From: Pristiophorus japonicus
Taxonomy: Eukaryota
Direction of reading: 5' to 3'
NCBI RefSeq assembly: GCF_044704955.1
Contig: NC_091983.1
Span: forward strand, 109,678,001-109,742,000
Length of the DNA: 64,000 bases
How positions within the stretch are numbered: the first letter of the stretch is position 1; the number at the start of each line of letters is the position of its first letter. Shown piece by piece: positions 48,533 to 59,856 of this stretch. Under the pieces are notes generated by a model. The model saw only the letters and a list, made by a program, of their open reading frames with translations, was not told the DNA's origin and did not search any database. Position numbers and translations under genes: made by a program.

Positions 48533-51500
48533 ATAGAAACATAGATATAGAAACATAGAAAATAGGTGCAGGAGTAGGCCATTCGGCCCTTCGAGCCTGC
48601 ACCGCCATTCAATGAGTTCATGGCTGAACATGCAACTTCAGTACCCCATTCCTGCTTTCGCGCCATACCCCTTGATCCCCCTCGTAGTAAGGAATACATC
48701 TAACTCCTTTTTGAATATATTTAATGAATTGGCCTCAACAACTTTCTGTGGTAGAGAATTCCACAGGTTCACCACTCTCTGGGTGAAGAAGTTTCTCCTC
48801 ATCTCGGTCCTAAATGGCTTACCCCTTATCCTTAGACTGTGACCCCTGGTTCTGGACTTCCCCAACATTGGGAATATTCTTCCTGCATCTAACCTGTCCA
48901 GTCCCATCAGAATTTTAAACGATTCTATGAGATCCCCTCTCATTCTTCTGAACTCCAGTGAATACAAGCCTAGTTGATCCAGTCTTTCTTGATATGTCAG
49001 TCCCTACCATCCCGGGAATCAGTCTGGTGAACCTTTGCTGTACTCCCTCAATAGCAAGAACGTCCTTCCTCAGATTAGGAGACCAAAACTGAACACAATA
49101 TTCCAGGTGAGGTCTCACCAAGGCCCTGTACAATTGCAGTAAGAACTCCCTGCTCCTACACTCAAATCCCCTAGCTATGAAGGCTAACATGCCATTTCCC
49201 TTCTTCACCGCCTGCTGTACCTGCATGCCAACTTTCAATGACTGATGAACCATGACACCCAGGTCCCATTGCACCTCCCCTTTTCCTAATCTGCCATTCA
49301 GATAATATTCTGCTTTTGTGTTTTTGCCACCAAAGTGGATAACCTCACATTTATCCACATTACACTGCATCTGCCATGCATTTGCCTACCCACCTAACCT
49401 GTCCAAATCACCCTGCAGCCTCTTAGCATCCCCCTCACAGCTCACACCGCCACGCAGTTTAGTGTCATCTGCAAACTTGGAGATATTACACTCGATTCCT
49501 TCATCCAAATCATTAATGTATATTGTAAAGAGCTGGGTCCCAGCACTGAGCCCTGCGGCACTCCACTAGTCACTGCCTCCCATTCTGAAAAGGACCCGTT
49601 TATCCAGACTCTCTGCTTCCTGTCTGCCAACCAATTCTCTATCCACGCCAGTATAATACCCGAAATACCATGTGTTTTGATTTTGCACACCAATCTCTTA
49701 TGTGGGACCTTGTCAAAGGCCTTTTGAAAGTCCAAATACACCACATCCACTGGTTCTCCCTTGTCCACTCTACTAGTTACATCCTCAAAAAATTCCAGAA
49801 GATTTGTCAAGCATGATTTCCCTTTCATAAATCCATGCTGACTTGGACCGATCCTGTCACTACTTTCCAAATGTGCTGCTATTTCATCCTTAATAACTGA
49901 TTCCAACATTTTCCCCACTACTGATGTCAGGCTAACCGGTCTATAATTGCCCGCCTTCTCTCTCCCTCCTTTTTTAAAAAGTGGTGTTACATTAGCTACC
50001 CTCCAGTCCATTGGAACTGATCCAGAGTCGATAGACTGTTGGAAAATGATCACCAATGCATCCACTATTTTAGGGCCACTTCCTTATGTACTCTGGGGTG
50101 CTGACAATCAGGCCCCGGGGATTTATCAGCCTTCAATCCCATCAATTTCTCCAACACAATTTCCCGCCTAATAAGGATATCCTTCAGTTCCTCCTTCTTA
50201 CTAGACCCTCGGTCCCCTAGTACATCCGGAAGGTTATTTGTGTCTTCCTTCATGAAGACAGAACCAAAGTATTTGTTCAATTGGTCTGCCATTTCTTTGT
50301 TTCCCATTATAAATTCACCTGAGTCCGACTGCAAGGGACCTATGTTTGTCTTCACTAATCTTTTTCTCTTCACATATCTATAGAAGCTTTTGCAGTCACT
50401 TTTTATGTTCCCGGCAAGCTTCCTCTCGTATTCTATTTTCCCCCTCCTAATTAAACCCTTTGTCCTCTTCTGCTGATTTCTAAATTTCTCCCAGTCCTCA
50501 GGTTTGCTGCTTTTTCTGGCCAATTTATATGCCTCTTTCTTGGATCTAACACTATCCTTAATTTCCCTTGTTAGCCACGGTTGAGCCACTTTCCTTGTTT
50601 TATTTTTACTCCAGACAGGGATGTACAACTGTTGAAGTTCATCCATGTGATCTATAAATGTTTGCCATTGCCTATCCACTGTCAACCCTTTAAGTATCAT
50701 TTGCCAGTCTATTCTAGCCAATGCACGCCTCATGCCGTTGAAGTTAGCTTTCCATTAGTTCAGGGCCTTAGTTTCTGAATTAACTGTGTCACTCTCCATC
50801 TTAATAAAGAATTCTACCATGTTATGGTCACTCTTCCCCAAGGGGCCTCGCACAACAAGATTGCTAATTAGTCCTCTCTCATTACACAATATCCAGTCTC
50901 GGATGGCCAGCTCTCTCGTTGGTTCCTCGACATATTGATCAAGAAAACCATCCCTCATACACTCCAGGAAATTCTTCTCCACCGCATTGCTACCCAATCT
51001 ATATGTAAATTAAAGTTGGCCATGATAACTACTGTACCTTTATTGCACACATCCCTTATTTCTTGTTTGATGCTGTCTCCAACCTATTGTTTGGTGGCCT
51101 GTACACAACTCCCACCAGCGCTTTCTGCCCTTTGGTATTCCGTAGCTCCACCCATACCGATTCCACATCATCCAAGCCAATGTCCTTCCTTACTATTGCA
51201 TTAATTTCCTCTTTAACTAGCAACCACCCCCCGCCCCCCCCCCCCCCCACCTCCTTTTCCTTTCTGTCTATCTTTCCTCAATGTTGAATACCCCTGGATG
51301 TTGAGTTCCCAGCCTTGGTCACCCTGGAGCCATATCTCCGTGCTGCCAATTACATCATATCCATTAACTGCTATATGCGCAGTTAATTCGTCCACCTTAT
51401 TCCAAATACTCCTCGCATTGAGGTACAGAGCCTTCAGGCTTGTCTTTTTAACACACTTTGCCCCTTTAGAATTTTGCTGTAATGTGGCCCTTTTTGTTTT

Positions 51501-52895
51501 TTGCCTTGGGTTTCTCTGCCCTCCACTTTTACTATTCTCCTTTCTATCTTTTGCCTCTGTCTCCCTTTTATTTCCCTCTGTCTCCCTGCATTGGTTCCCA
51601 TCCCTCTGCCATATTAGTTTAACTCCTCCCCAACAGCACGAGCAAACACTCCCTCTTGGACATTGGTTCCGGTCCTGCCCAGGTGCAGACCATCCGGTTT
51701 GTACTGGTCTCACCTCCCCCAGAACCGGTTCCAATGCCCCAGGAATTTGAATCCCTCCCTTCTGCACCACTCCTCAAGCCATGTATTCATCTGAGCTATC
51801 CTGCGATTCCTACTCTGACTAGCACGTGGCACTGGTAGCAATCCTGAGATTGCTCCTTTTGAGGTCCTACTTTTTAATTTAGCTCCTAGCTCCCTAAATT
51901 CGTTTCGTAGGAACTCATCCCATTTTTTACCTATATCGTTGGTACCTATATGCACCACGACAACTGGCTGTTCACCCTCCCTTTTCAGAATGTCCTGCAC
52001 CCGCTCCGAAACATCCTTGACCCTTGCACCAGGGAGGCAACATACCATCCTGGAGTCTCGGTTGCGGCCGCAGAAATGTCTATCTATTCCCCTTACAATT
52101 GAATCCCCTATCACTATTGCTCTCCCACTCTTTTTCCTGCCCTCCTGTGCAGCAGAGCCAGCCATGGTGCCATGAACTTGGCTGCTGCTGCCTTCCCCTG
52201 ATGAGTCAGCCCCCTCAACAGTACCCAAAGCGATGTATCTGTTTTGCAGGGGGATGACCACAGGGGACCCCTGCACTACCATCCTTGCACTGCTCTTCCT
52301 GTTGGTCACCCATCTCCTATCTGGCTGTGTACCCTTTACCTGCGGTGTGACCAACTCGCGAAACGTGCTATTCACATCATTCTTAGCATCGTGGATGCTC
52401 CAGAGTTCATGCACGCGCAGCTCCAGTACTGCAATGCGGGTTGTCAGGATCTGCAGCGGATGCACTTCCCACACACGTAGTCGTCAGGGACACTGGAAGC
52501 GTCCCTAAGTTCCCACATTGTACAGGAGGAGCATAACACGTGTCCGAGCTCTCCTGCCATGACTCCACCCTTGGATTAACTTAATTGGGCAACAACAATG
52601 TTAAAAGGTTACTTACTGATAAAGAAAAGAAAAAGGAAAAAGAAAAACGACTTACCAATCACCAGCCAATCACTTACCCCCTTGACTGTGACGTCACCTT
52701 TCGATTTCTTTCTACTTTTTTGCCTCCCTGTAGCTGCACAAGCTGGCCTTTGTAGGCCTCTCCACGCACCTCCCGAGCCTCTCGCTGACTCATCACGAAC
52801 TCCCGACGACTCACGGACACTGGGCCTTTTTATGGGCCTCTCCACGCACCTCCCGAGCCTCTCGCCGACTCATCACGAACTCCCTGTTGCTGCAC
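48533..52895 (-). mobile_element. Full-length decayed CR1 LINE (5' UTR, ORF1, ORF2)
   Basis: ORF2 pieces 48638-51770 with frameshifts; ORF1 from 52560; 5' UTR with about 80-bp repeats; ATAGAAAC tail; no TSD seen. Confidence 0.96.
51614..52560 (-). pseudogene. CR1 ORF1: zinc finger/coiled coil plus SGNH esterase domain
   Basis: MAGELGHVLCSSC..YVCGKC, then IVIGDSIVRG, CLPGARV, VVHIGTND, DGLHL; one frameshift near 52450 and a stop at 51710. Confidence 0.9.
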
Positions 52896-52897
52896 AA

Positions 52898-53055
52898 TCT
52901 TATTCGAAAGATGACGCCTCCAACAGTGCAACACCCCCTCGGTACGACACTAAAGTGTCAGCCTAGATTTTTGTGCTCAAGTCTCTGGAGTGAGACTTAA
53001 ACCTACAACCTTTTGACTCAGAGGCAAGAGTGCTACCAACTGAGCCACAGCTGAT
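52898..53055 (-). mobile_element. tRNA-derived SINE head (Deu-type, SacSINE1-like), 3'-truncated
   Basis: A box TGGCTCAGTTGG and degenerate B box GGTTTAAGTCTC, then GACTTGAGCACA..CTAGGCTGACACT; family name from recall. Confidence 0.75.
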
Positions 53056-53106
53056 GGTAACAATTTGGGGGCCTGTAGCAGAGGGGTGGGTCTTCATTGC
53101 AGTTCC

Positions 53107-56100
53107 TAGAAACATAGAAACATAGAAAATAGGTGCAGGAGTAGGCCATTCGGCCCTTCTAGCCTGCACCGCCATTCAATGAGTTCATGGCTGAACATTC
53201 ACTTCAGTACCCCATTCCTGCTTTCTCGCCATACCCCTTGATCCCCCTAGCAGTAAGGACCTCATCTAACTCCTTTTTGAATATATTTAGTGAATTGGCC
53301 TCAACAACTTTCTGTGGTAGAGAATTCCACAGGTTCACCACTCTCTGGGTGAAGAAGTTCCTCCGCATCTCGGTCCTAAATGGCTTACCCCTTATCCTTA
53401 GACTGTGACCCCTGGTTCTGGACTTCCCCAACATTGGGAACATTCTTCCTGCATCTAACCTGTCTAACCCCGTCAGAATTTTATATGTTTCTATGAGGTC
53501 CCCTCTCATTCTTCTGAACTCCAGTGAATACAAGCCCAGTTGATCCAGTCTTTCTTGATAGGTCAGTCCCGCCATCCCGGGAATCAGTCTGGTGAACCTT
53601 CGCTGCACTCCCTCAATAGCAAGAATGTCCTTCCTCAGGTTAGGAGACCAAAACTGTACACAATACTCCAGGTGTGGCCTCACCAATGCCCTGTACAACT
53701 GTAGCAACACCTCCCTGCCCCTGTACTCAAATCCCCTTGCTATGAAGGCCAACATGCCATTTGCTTTCTTAACCGCCTGCTGCACCTGCATGCCAACCTT
53801 CAATGACTGATGTACCATGACACCCAGGTCTCTTTGCACCTCCCCTTTTCCTAATCTGTCACCATTCAGATAATAGTCTGTCTCTCTGTTTTTACCACCA
53901 AAGTGGATAACCTCACATTTATCCACATTATACTTCATCTGCCATGCATTTGCCCACTCACCTAACCTATCCAAGTCGCTCTGCAGCCTCACAGCATCCT
54001 CCTCGCAGCTCACACTGCCACCCAACTTAGTGTCATCCGCAAACTTGGAGATACTACACTCAATCCCCTCATCTAAATCATTAATGTACAGTGTAAACAG
54101 CTGGGGCCCCAGCACAGAACCCTGCGGTACCCCACTAGTCACTGCCTGCCATTCTGAAAAGTACCCATTTACTCCTACTCTTTGCTTCCTGTCTGACAAC
54201 CAGTTCTCAATCCATGTCAGTACACTACCCCCAATCCCATGTGCTCTAACTTTGCACATCAATCTCTTGTGTGGGACCTTGTCGAACGCCTTCTGAAAGT
54301 CCAAATATACCACATCAACTGGTTCTCCCTTATCCACTCTACTGGAAACATCCTCAAAAAATTCCAGAAGATTTGTCAAGCATGATTTCCCTTTCACAAA
54401 TCCATGCTGACTTGGACCTTTCATGTCACCTCTTTCCAAATGCACTGCTATGACATCCTTAATAATTGATTCCATCATTTTACCCACTACCGATGTCAGG
54501 CTGACCGGTCTATAATTCCCTGTTTTCTCTCTCCCTCCTTTTTTAAAAAGTGGGGTTACATTGGCTACCCTCCACTCCATAGGAACTGATCCAGAGTCAA
54601 TGGAATGTTGGAAAATGACTGTCAACGCATCCACTATTTCCAAGGCCACCTCCTTAAGTACTCTGGGATGCAGTCCATCAGGCCCTGGGGATTTATCGGC
54701 CTTCAATCCCATCAATTTCCCCAACACAATTTCCCGGCTATTAAGGATTTCCCTCAGTTCCTCCTCCTTACTAGACCCCCCGACCCCTTTTATAACCGGA
54801 AGGTTGTTCGTGTCCTCCTTCGTGAATACCGAACCAAAGTACTTGTTCAATTGGTCCGCCATTTCTTTGTTCCCCGTTATGACTTCCCCTGATTCTGACT
54901 GCAGGGGACCTACGTTTGTCTTTACTAACCTTTTTCTCTTTACATATCTATAGAAACTTTTGCAATCCGTCTTAATGTTCCCTGCAAGCTTCTTCTCATA
55001 CTCCATTTTCCCTGCCCTAATCAAACCCTTTGTCCTCCTCTGCTGAGTTCTAAATTTCTCCCAGTCCCCAGGTTCGCTGCTATTTCTGGCCAATTTGTAT
55101 GCCACTTCCTTGGCTTTAATACTATCCCTGATTTCCCTTGATAGCCACGGTTGAGCCACCTTCCCTTTTTTATTTCTATGCCAGACAGGAATGTACAATT
55201 GTTGTAGTTCATCCATGCGGTCTCTAAATGTCTGCCATTGCCCATCCACAGTCAACCCCTTAAGTATCATTCGCCAATCCATCTCAGCCAATTCACGCCT
55301 CATACCTTCAAAGTTAGCCTTCTTTAAGTTCTGGACCATGGTCTCTGAATTAACTGTTTCATTCTCCATCCTAATGCAGAATTCCACCATATTATGGTCA
55401 CTCTTCCCCAAGGGGCCTCGCACAACGAGATTGCTAATTAATCCTTTCTCATTACATAACACCCAGTCTAAGATGGCCTCCCCCCTAGTTGGTTCCTCGA
55501 CATATTGGTCTAAAAAACCATCCCTTATGCACTCCAGAAAATCCTCCTCCACCGTATTGCTTCCAGTTTGGTTAGCCCAATCTATGTGCATATTAAAGTC
55601 ACCCATTATAACTGCTGCACCTTTATTGCACGCACCCCTAATTTCCTGTTTGATGCCCTCCCCAACATCACTACTACTGTTTGGAGGTCTGTACACAACT
55701 CCCACTAACGTTTTTTGCCCTTTGGTGTTCTGCAGCTCTACCCATATAGATTCCACATCATCCAAGCTAATGTCCTTCCTAACTATTGCCTTAATCTCCT
55801 CCTTAACCAGCAATGCTACCCCACCTCCTTTTCCTTTTATTCTATCCTTCCTGAATGTTGAATACCCCTGGATGTTGAGTTCCCAGCCCTGCTCATCCTG
55901 GAGCCACGTCTCCGTAATCCCAATCACATCATATTTGTTAACATCTATTTGCACAGTTAATTCATCCACCTTATTGCGGATACTCCTTGCATTAAGACAC
56001 AAAGCCTTTAGGCTTGTTTTTTTAACACCCTCTGTCCTTTTAGAATTTTGCTGTACAATGGCCCTTTTTGTTCTTTGCCTTGGGTTTCTCTGCCCTCCAC

Positions 56101-56527
56101 TTTTCCTCATCTCCTTTCTGTCTTTTGTTTTTGCCTCCTTTTTGTTTCCCTCTATCTCCCTGCATTGGTTCCCATCCCCCTGCCATATTAGTTTAACTCC
56201 TCCCCAACAGCACTAGCAAACACTCCCCCGAGGACATTGGTTCCGATTCTGCCCAGGTGCAGACCGTCCGGATTGTACTGGTCCCACCTCCCCCAGAACC
56301 GGTTCCAATGCCCCAGGAATTTGAATCCCTCCCTGCTGCACCATTGCTCAAGCCACGTATTCATCTGAGCTATCCTGCGATTCCTACTCTGACTAGCACG
56401 TGGCACTGGTAGCAATCCCGAGATTACTACTTTTGAGGTCCTACTTTTTAATTTAGCTCCTAGCTCCTTAAATTCATTTCGTAGGAACTCATCCCTTTTT
56501 TTACCTATGTCATTGGTACCAACGTGC
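53107..56527 (-). mobile_element. Young CR1 LINE (subfamily A), truncated within ORF1
   Basis: ATAGAAAC tail, complete ORF2, ORF1 C-terminus from HVGTND; very similar to 36551-40026. Confidence 0.97.
53204..56110 (-). CDS. CR1 ORF2: AP endonuclease plus reverse transcriptase, uninterrupted 968 aa
   Basis: NARS, ITETWL, VYRPP, GDFN, SDHN; KSPGPDG, NYRPVSLTS, QHGF, YLDFQKAFD, GVPQGSVLGP, FADD; frame is open further upstream to the ORF1 end. Confidence 0.96.
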   Translation of the reverse strand: MRKSGGQRNPRQRTKRAIVQQNSKRTEGVKKTSLKALCLNARSIRNKVDELTVQIDVNKYDVIGITETWLQDEQGWELNIQGYSTFRKDRIKGKGGGVALLVKEEIKAIVRKDISLDDVESIWVELQNTKGQKTLVGVVYRPPNSSSDVGEGIKQEIRGACNKGAAVIMGDFNMHIDWANQTGSNTVEEDFLECIRDGFLDQYVEEPTRGEAILDWVLCNEKGLISNLVVRGPLGKSDHNMVEFCIRMENETVNSETMVQNLKKANFEGMRRELAEMDWRMILKGLTVDGQWQTFRDRMDELQQLYIPVWHRNKKGKVAQPWLSREIRDSIKAKEVAYKLARNSSEPGDWEKFRTQQRRTKGLIRAGKMEYEKKLAGNIKTDCKSFYRYVKRKRLVKTNVGPLQSESGEVITGNKEMADQLNKYFGSVFTKEDTNNLPVIKGVGGSSKEEELREILNSREIVLGKLMGLKADKSPGPDGLHPRVLKEVALEIVDALTVIFQHSIDSGSVPMEWRVANVTPLFKKGGREKTGNYRPVSLTSVVGKMMESIIKDVIAVHLERGDMKGPSQHGFVKGKSCLTNLLEFFEDVSSRVDKGEPVDVVYLDFQKAFDKVPHKRLMCKVRAHGIGGSVLTWIENWLSDRKQRVGVNGYFSEWQAVTSGVPQGSVLGPQLFTLYINDLDEGIECSISKFADDTKLGGSVSCEEDAVRLQSDLDRLGEWANAWQMKYNVDKCEVIHFGGKNRETDYYLNGDRLGKGEVQRDLGVMVHQSLKVGMQVQQAVKKANGMLAFIARGFEYRGREVLLQLYRALVRPHLEYCVQFWSPNLRKDILAIEGVQRRFTRLIPGMAGLTYQERLDQLGLYSLEFRRMRGDLIETYKILTGLDRLDAGRMFPMLGKSRTRGHSLRIRGKPFRTEMRRNFFTQRVVNLWNSLPQKVVEANSLNIFKKELDEVLTARGIKGYGEKAGMGY

Positions 56528-56779
56528 TATTTCTACTTGCTTTTGTTCATTTGTGCTGAGTGTTTCACTCGGTATTCCCTCCTGACCCTGGATAAATTAA
56601 TCATCTGAGGCAGATCCATTTGAGCTGATACAAGTAAGTAGGAGAATGCAAATGTGATCGACTAGCTTCTTTATGCCCTCTAATACCAGGTACACCATCT
56701 TGGAAACCCCTATGAAAAGAGAAAAGAAACATGTTCTTGCCCTGATTCCTGTCTAAATTGGCAGGGCCTGGAGTTCTCG

Positions 56780-56950
56780 TCATATGATAGAAAAAGAGGC
56801 CATTTAGCCCATTACCACTGTGCCAGCTCTCTGAAAGAGCTCTCTGCTTGGTCCAATTCCCCTGCCATTTCCCCATCCCTTTTTAATTTTTTCTTGTTCA
56901 AATACATATCAACTTTCCTTTTAATTCCATTGCTGTTTCTGGTGAAGCAT
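56780..56950 (-). mobile_element. Old CR1 3' UTR fragment
   Basis: Resembles 13600-13760. Confidence 0.6.
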
Positions 56951-59856
56951 TCCATGTCACAACAAGGTTGAATGATAAGCATGCAATTAATTATAGGAAT
57001 CATAACGAATTATTGAGAAAACCTACCCAAATTATCTGAATGAAAGGCTCCCTATCTTCTTGGCAATCAACAAGTTGGAGTTGCAACTTCAGACACAAAT
57101 TCTAAAGGTGTGCAATCAGGTTAGCATAATGTTGTGGCAATTCTGGCTGGGAGGGGTAGGAATTTGTGGTGGAACCTAGATTCATTGTGTTTCCGCCCTT
57201 CTTACAATGCCGTGCAAATTGTGCTTGGGGGTGGCAGGTGGGTGCTTCTTCTGCCGATTCTTGTTACATTGAACCAGCAATTTGAGGCTTGGTGTGGAAC
57301 ATTCCTAGGCTTTGCTGGGAATTCCATCAGACGTGCCCCAGCAACCACTATATCTGTTGAGAAGGATTGATTGCTGTTACTAGGAGACCAGCCAACATGG
57401 GATTAAAGATTTAAAAATCTTTATTGGCCCTGTTTCTTTGACCCGATCCATGCCTGGCGCCCCCCCTCTCATAGTGGTAGGGTGGTTCTCCAAGTCTTGG
57501 CTGCTTCCTTGGGATGGATGCCCCTATTGCGTTGCCACAGCCAGGATTTAAATGACCCCAGGCGCCAGCCGTTCTGCCCCGCCAGGTGAATCTGTCAAGA
57601 ACCAAGCAAGGCCCGCAAAGGTAAAACACTTATTGTAATGGGGCTCCAAGGAGTAGAAGTGCTCTTCCAGACCCCACAAGTAAAATCCGGTTCTCTGCTG
57701 TCCCAGGCTCCCCACACCTCCCTAGCCATGAGACCCTTGCAACACCCCCCCCTTCCTGGGACTTGCCTCGCTCCCGGCAGTCTTCTCCTGATGTTGATTG
57801 GCTGTCCAACTTGTGGCCTTCCTTCACTGGCCAGAGGCTGCTTTCAGCCAGAAATGATCAAGCAGCTAATCAGCGACACTCAAATAGGCTTGGCGGTTTA
57901 AATATGCCATGCCTCCTCCACCGGAAGTTATGATAGGCCCTTTGGTCTTGGTTCCTCTCCTGCAATGCCATGGAGATTGACTCGTATATTTTTAACAATT
58001 TTGTGTGTGCTCACGCTTTCTGTCCCACTTTCATTTGTTATTCTTTTTGATCATTTTTTTATGTTAACATTTAATAGTGAAATTGCCTGCTAACCAAGCA
58101 CTGCACTGGTTAAGTGCTTCAAGAAACAATGAGATTAATAAGAGTGTGGTGTACTTTCTTTGTATCTTATTTTAAACAACATTACCAAATATAATATTCA
58201 TTATATTTTCAATTGATTCTAAGAGAAATGTCCTTATGAGGGGAGACAGGAAAAGAGAGACACCCTGTTGAGTGGGGGTTGTGGAGGTCTGGAGGGGAGG
58301 TTGGGAAAGAGAGATAGTGATCAAACAAAGCTGACAGAAACTGTAATAAAAGTATGACTGGGTCTTTTAATTGCTGCTGTTTAGTCCTTTGAGGGCGCTA
58401 TGATAAACTGGCAACTGAGTATAATCATGTTCAAAGGAAGGTATCAACTGTGTTTTTCTGTCTTACAGTTTTACAGAAAAGTATCTGCAGCTAATTACAG
58501 ATATATATGTTATAAACTTACTTTTAACTCCAAATTTCAAAAAAATGCAATGTCAGGTGCAGTTGTTAAACCTTTCAAGATTTGTTTGAAGATTAAAAAT
58601 CAAAATCAGCCATCACTATAAAAGAATACTTTGAACTGAGTCTCCCCATCATCACACACTTTAGATTACATAGTTAGACAAAACATTATAATAATTGTAT
58701 TACTTATTTTTCACAGACTATATAATGGACAATTGTATAACTGGGAAAGAGATGTTTGCTGAGCAAAATAATATGCATTGCCATTAATACTTGCCTTGTA
58801 GGCACCCAACCATTAGGTGGTGTTGTGCCTCTATAGGCCATCTTAAGGTCCAATGTTCCTCTGTAACATTTTACAATTTAAATTCAATTTCAAATATTAG
58901 ACTTACTTTAGTCCCTTCAGTTTGGGCTATGGCTTCTGGCTAGCACTGTCTACCTCTCAGCCAACTACCCTAATTTCTTCTCCTGTCCTATCCGTTCTGA
59001 CATCATCATACCTGCTCTTGCAAACTCCCTGACCTCAGCTCTCCCAGTCTGAGTCCTGTTTGTGGTTATCGCCACTCCAAAACTTGACTCTTTGTCAACT
59101 CGGTCTTCCTTCTCAGCCCTGGGTATCCAAATGTATATAATCACCTCGCCACAAGCCTTTCCTCCTCCCTGGTATTGCCTGTCTTTCTTTGGTTTCCATT
59201 CCTAAAAGAACATATTGCACTATCTAAATCTCTATTTAATTTACGACATTATGTACTGTTTCCTATTGAACTGAGTCAGATATATTTCGAACCGCTTATG
59301 CAAATATTCTCAAAACGCAAACAGACAGAATTCTTTGGGAACATCTGAAACTAACATTAAGAACTATTTAAAGAAAGAAGGATTTGAGCCCAGAATTTTT
59401 GGAAAGGAATCCAACAATTGATAAACAGCTTATTTTAAATAAATGACAATTCCACGAGATAACTTGGAAAGAGTTGCATGTAACGAATGGAAGTCCACAT
59501 GGGGGCACCCTTTACATAATGATAAAGACTTGTAACTGAAAACAAGCCTGTTGCCTGAACCAACTGCCACGTTGCTTACTGCTGATGTGTTATATCATTT
59601 GTTAAATATGCTATGGATATACCAGATCAATACTGATACAGAAAACTGGGAATTAAAAAAAACGAAGGGTTAACTTGTACATCTGGTAGGCTAATATTTA
59701 TTTTCCCAGACTAAGGGAGCGCTTACATTACAAAATGTTTTGCAATGTGTAGAAAGCTATTCATGCTCTGAAATCACCCTCTTTATATGTTGCAGGCAGA
59801 TTGAAATTACATGTTTTAAAATTGAAGCAATTCCGACTTGAAGTTTCTGGCTGCAT

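Noticed and set aside
52985-53055. tRNA gene
   Set aside because: B box degenerate and sequence continues into a SINE body.
55191-56216. 341-aa plus-strand ORF (and 233 aa at 38637)
   Set aside because: Antisense shadow of CR1 ORF2; broken in the sister copy; no recognisable domain.
59280-59423. Short open frame in unique DNA
   Set aside because: Poor acceptor, no donor, not recognised.
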